From: a virus
Taxonomy: Duplodnaviria > Caudoviricetes
Reading direction: 5' to 3' (one strand)
Length of the DNA: 34,689 nucleotides
IMG/VR virus record: IMGVR_UViG_3300045285_000083
Coordinates: 1 to 34,689 of that record
Shown: piece after piece, positions 33,215-34,689 of the stretch
Layout of the letters: every line of letters starts with the position of its first letter
Position numbering within the stretch: position 1 is the first letter of the stretch
Notes under the pieces: model-generated
Databases searched by the model: none
What the model was told of the DNA's origin: nothing
What the model saw: only the letters and a program-made list of their open reading frames with translations
Translations under genes and position numbers: made by a program

Positions 33215-33591
33215 TCGTGTGGGCCGAGTTCGAGTTCAGGAAGACGACCCGAAGATCTGATGGCGCTACCGAGGGCGAGCATTCGGAATCCGCCGCCAGG
33301 CAATTAGCCGCGCTTGGTAGGAAGGCGGCTGCCGCCTTGGCCAGCCCCGAAGGACCGTCGTTCCCCGAGGCGCTTGGTTATCTCTGGCTGTGGTTCTCGC
33401 AGCATTCGATGGGATTGGCAGCGGGCGGGATGTCGCATCCGGTAATTACCTGGGAAGGCTTGTGGGCATGGTCGCAGTTGCTGCAAATCGAAATTGAGCC
33501 GTGGGAAGTCGACCTGATGGTGAACCTTAGCTGCATCAGGGCCAACGTCCACGCCGAGAAAATAGAAGCAGAGCGGAAACAGACGAAATGA
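33181..33591 (+). CDS. gpT-like extension reached by -1 frameshift
   Basis: G GGA AAT / A AAT TTC slippery run at 33181-33190; -1 frame is open to 33591 (YLW.WF..ITW..PWEV). Confidence 0.8.
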   Translation, partial: GKFLAGLIDELVVWAEFEFRKTTRRSDGATEGEHSESAARQLAALGRKAAAALASPEGPSFPEALGYLWLWFSQHSMGLAAGGMSHPVITWEGLWAWSQLLQIEIEPWEVDLMVNLSCIRANVHAEKIEAERKQTK

Positions 33592-34277
33592 GTACGCAAC
33601 TCATTCGCCGGATCGTCACCGTTGATTGGCCGAAGAAGGCCGAACGCGACGCCAAGGCGCTGCTAATTCGCACTGCGCGCACTGGCCATCAGCGGATCAT
33701 GACGGATGCGGCGGCAAAAGGATTAACGCCGAGCTGGGAAGCCTATGCCAATCGTCCCGGCAACAGCAATCTGGAAACCGTCGTTCTTCCAGGACCGATC
33801 GTCTACAACTATCGTTACCTGTCCGATCTGATCAAATTCGCGCTGGAGGAATTGCGGCGGCAGTCACCGGTTACTAGCGGCGAGTACAAGCGTAGCCATA
33901 CCGTGTATGTCAACGACGCGCCGGTCGGCGACACCATCCCTACAAATATCAAGGCCGGCGACCGGATCTACATTGCCAACCCGGTGCCTTATGCGCGGCG
34001 GCTGGAAATCGGCCGAACCCGATCGGGACGTTCGTTCTTGATCCAGGTGCCAAATCGGATTTATGAGCGGGTGACGCAAATGACGCAAGCGGAAGGCAAA
34101 GGGCGGGCCAAGGTGCGAATGGGCTATGTCGATCTCGGCTCGCATGCACTGACGAAGAACCAGCCGACCGGGATCATGACTAGGCGTGGCTGGGGCTATA
34201 GCCGCATTCAGCGGCGCGACCGGCTGGCCGGCGCTGCGGTAACATCTCCTGCGATCTTTTTCGCGAGCCCGATCTAG
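33588..34277 (+). CDS. HK97 gp10-like tail-completion protein
   Basis: SPV.SG.Y..SH, IYIAN.VPYARRLE.G. Confidence 0.6.
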   Translation: MSTQLIRRIVTVDWPKKAERDAKALLIRTARTGHQRIMTDAAAKGLTPSWEAYANRPGNSNLETVVLPGPIVYNYRYLSDLIKFALEELRRQSPVTSGEYKRSHTVYVNDAPVGDTIPTNIKAGDRIYIANPVPYARRLEIGRTRSGRSFLIQVPNRIYERVTQMTQAEGKGRAKVRMGYVDLGSHALTKNQPTGIMTRRGWGYSRIQRRDRLAGAAVTSPAIFFASPI

Positions 34278-34689
34278 ATGGCTGACACTGTCGAGACGGC
34301 GATCTATCGCCTGCAGGTCGAGGGCCAGGCCGAAATTGACCGGCTGACGAAATCAATCGATGACATGGCTGTTGCCGAGGAAAAAGCTACTGCGGCAACC
34401 CGTACATTCTCGCAAGGTTTGCAAAATAATATTGCGCGTCTCGATCCTCTGGTCAGAGCGCAAGAGAACTACCGCAAAGCGCTGGAAGCCAATGCGCGAT
34501 ACCGGGAAACTGGCGTCGGCACGGAAGCGCAACTCAATGCACAACTCGCAGCCGCTACAGAGAGATATCAGACACAGATTTCGGTACTCAAGCAGGGGGG
34601 CCAGGCAGTCAACGAATTGGCAGAGGCCCATAAAGGATTGAATACTCAGGGCCAGGCCGCATTTCATTCGATACGCAGCATGGTCGAGA
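34278..34689 (+). CDS. Tape measure protein, N-terminal part (3'-truncated)
   Basis: Open from ATG 34278 to the window end (MADTVETAIYRLQVEG..RLDPL..); helical Ala/Gln-rich; position. Confidence 0.8.
   Translation, partial: MADTVETAIYRLQVEGQAEIDRLTKSIDDMAVAEEKATAATRTFSQGLQNNIARLDPLVRAQENYRKALEANARYRETGVGTEAQLNAQLAAATERYQTQISVLKQGGQAVNELAEAHKGLNTQGQAAFHSIRSMVE

Larger units (their letters stand above)
1..34689. mobile_element. Temperate tailed phage (siphovirus-like, HK97-type head) genome segment, alphaproteobacterial host
   Basis: Tail, lysis, cI/cro, ERF/YqaJ, integrase+attP, terminase, capsid, portal, tail tube and tape measure genes fill the window; no host housekeeping genes seen. Confidence 0.97.

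Noticed and set aside
1-34689. Diversity-generating retroelement acting on fibre or lectin genes
   Set aside because: No reverse transcriptase and no TR/VR pair differing at adenines was seen in the window

Overview
The window is about 35 kb of a temperate siphovirus-like phage of an alphaproteobacterium, probably Hyphomicrobiales/Bradyrhizobium-like (inferred from the GcrA homolog and gene style). Order: end of tail module (1-2680), lysis (2685-4694), leftward early operon (4951-9243), immunity switch cI/cro (9387-10566), rightward early operon (HNH, SF2 helicase, wHTH, ERF, YqaJ exonuclease, Xis-like, tyrosine integrase), an intact attP matching a tRNA 3' end (~16879-16893), replication-initiator-like and Q-like genes, an antisense moron, HNH/cos/terL, a fused protease-capsid gene placed before the portal, neck and fibre genes, tail tube, frameshifted chaperones and the start of the tape measure. 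Both attP and the putative cos lie internally, so this looks like circular or excised phage DNA rather than an integrated prophage. The most unusual feature is a 2.8-kb array (4951-7751) of short genes built on two interspersed DNA repeats. Repeat A (8 copies) encodes the C-terminus AALDK.., the next gene's Shine-Dalgarno and its start codon. Repeat B (5 near-identical plus 2 degenerate copies) encodes RIEALEAAL mid-gene. Unrelated sequence lies between the repeats, which suggests a recombinational gene/domain-shuffling cassette system. All calls come from reading the sequence and recognising motifs; no database searches were run.
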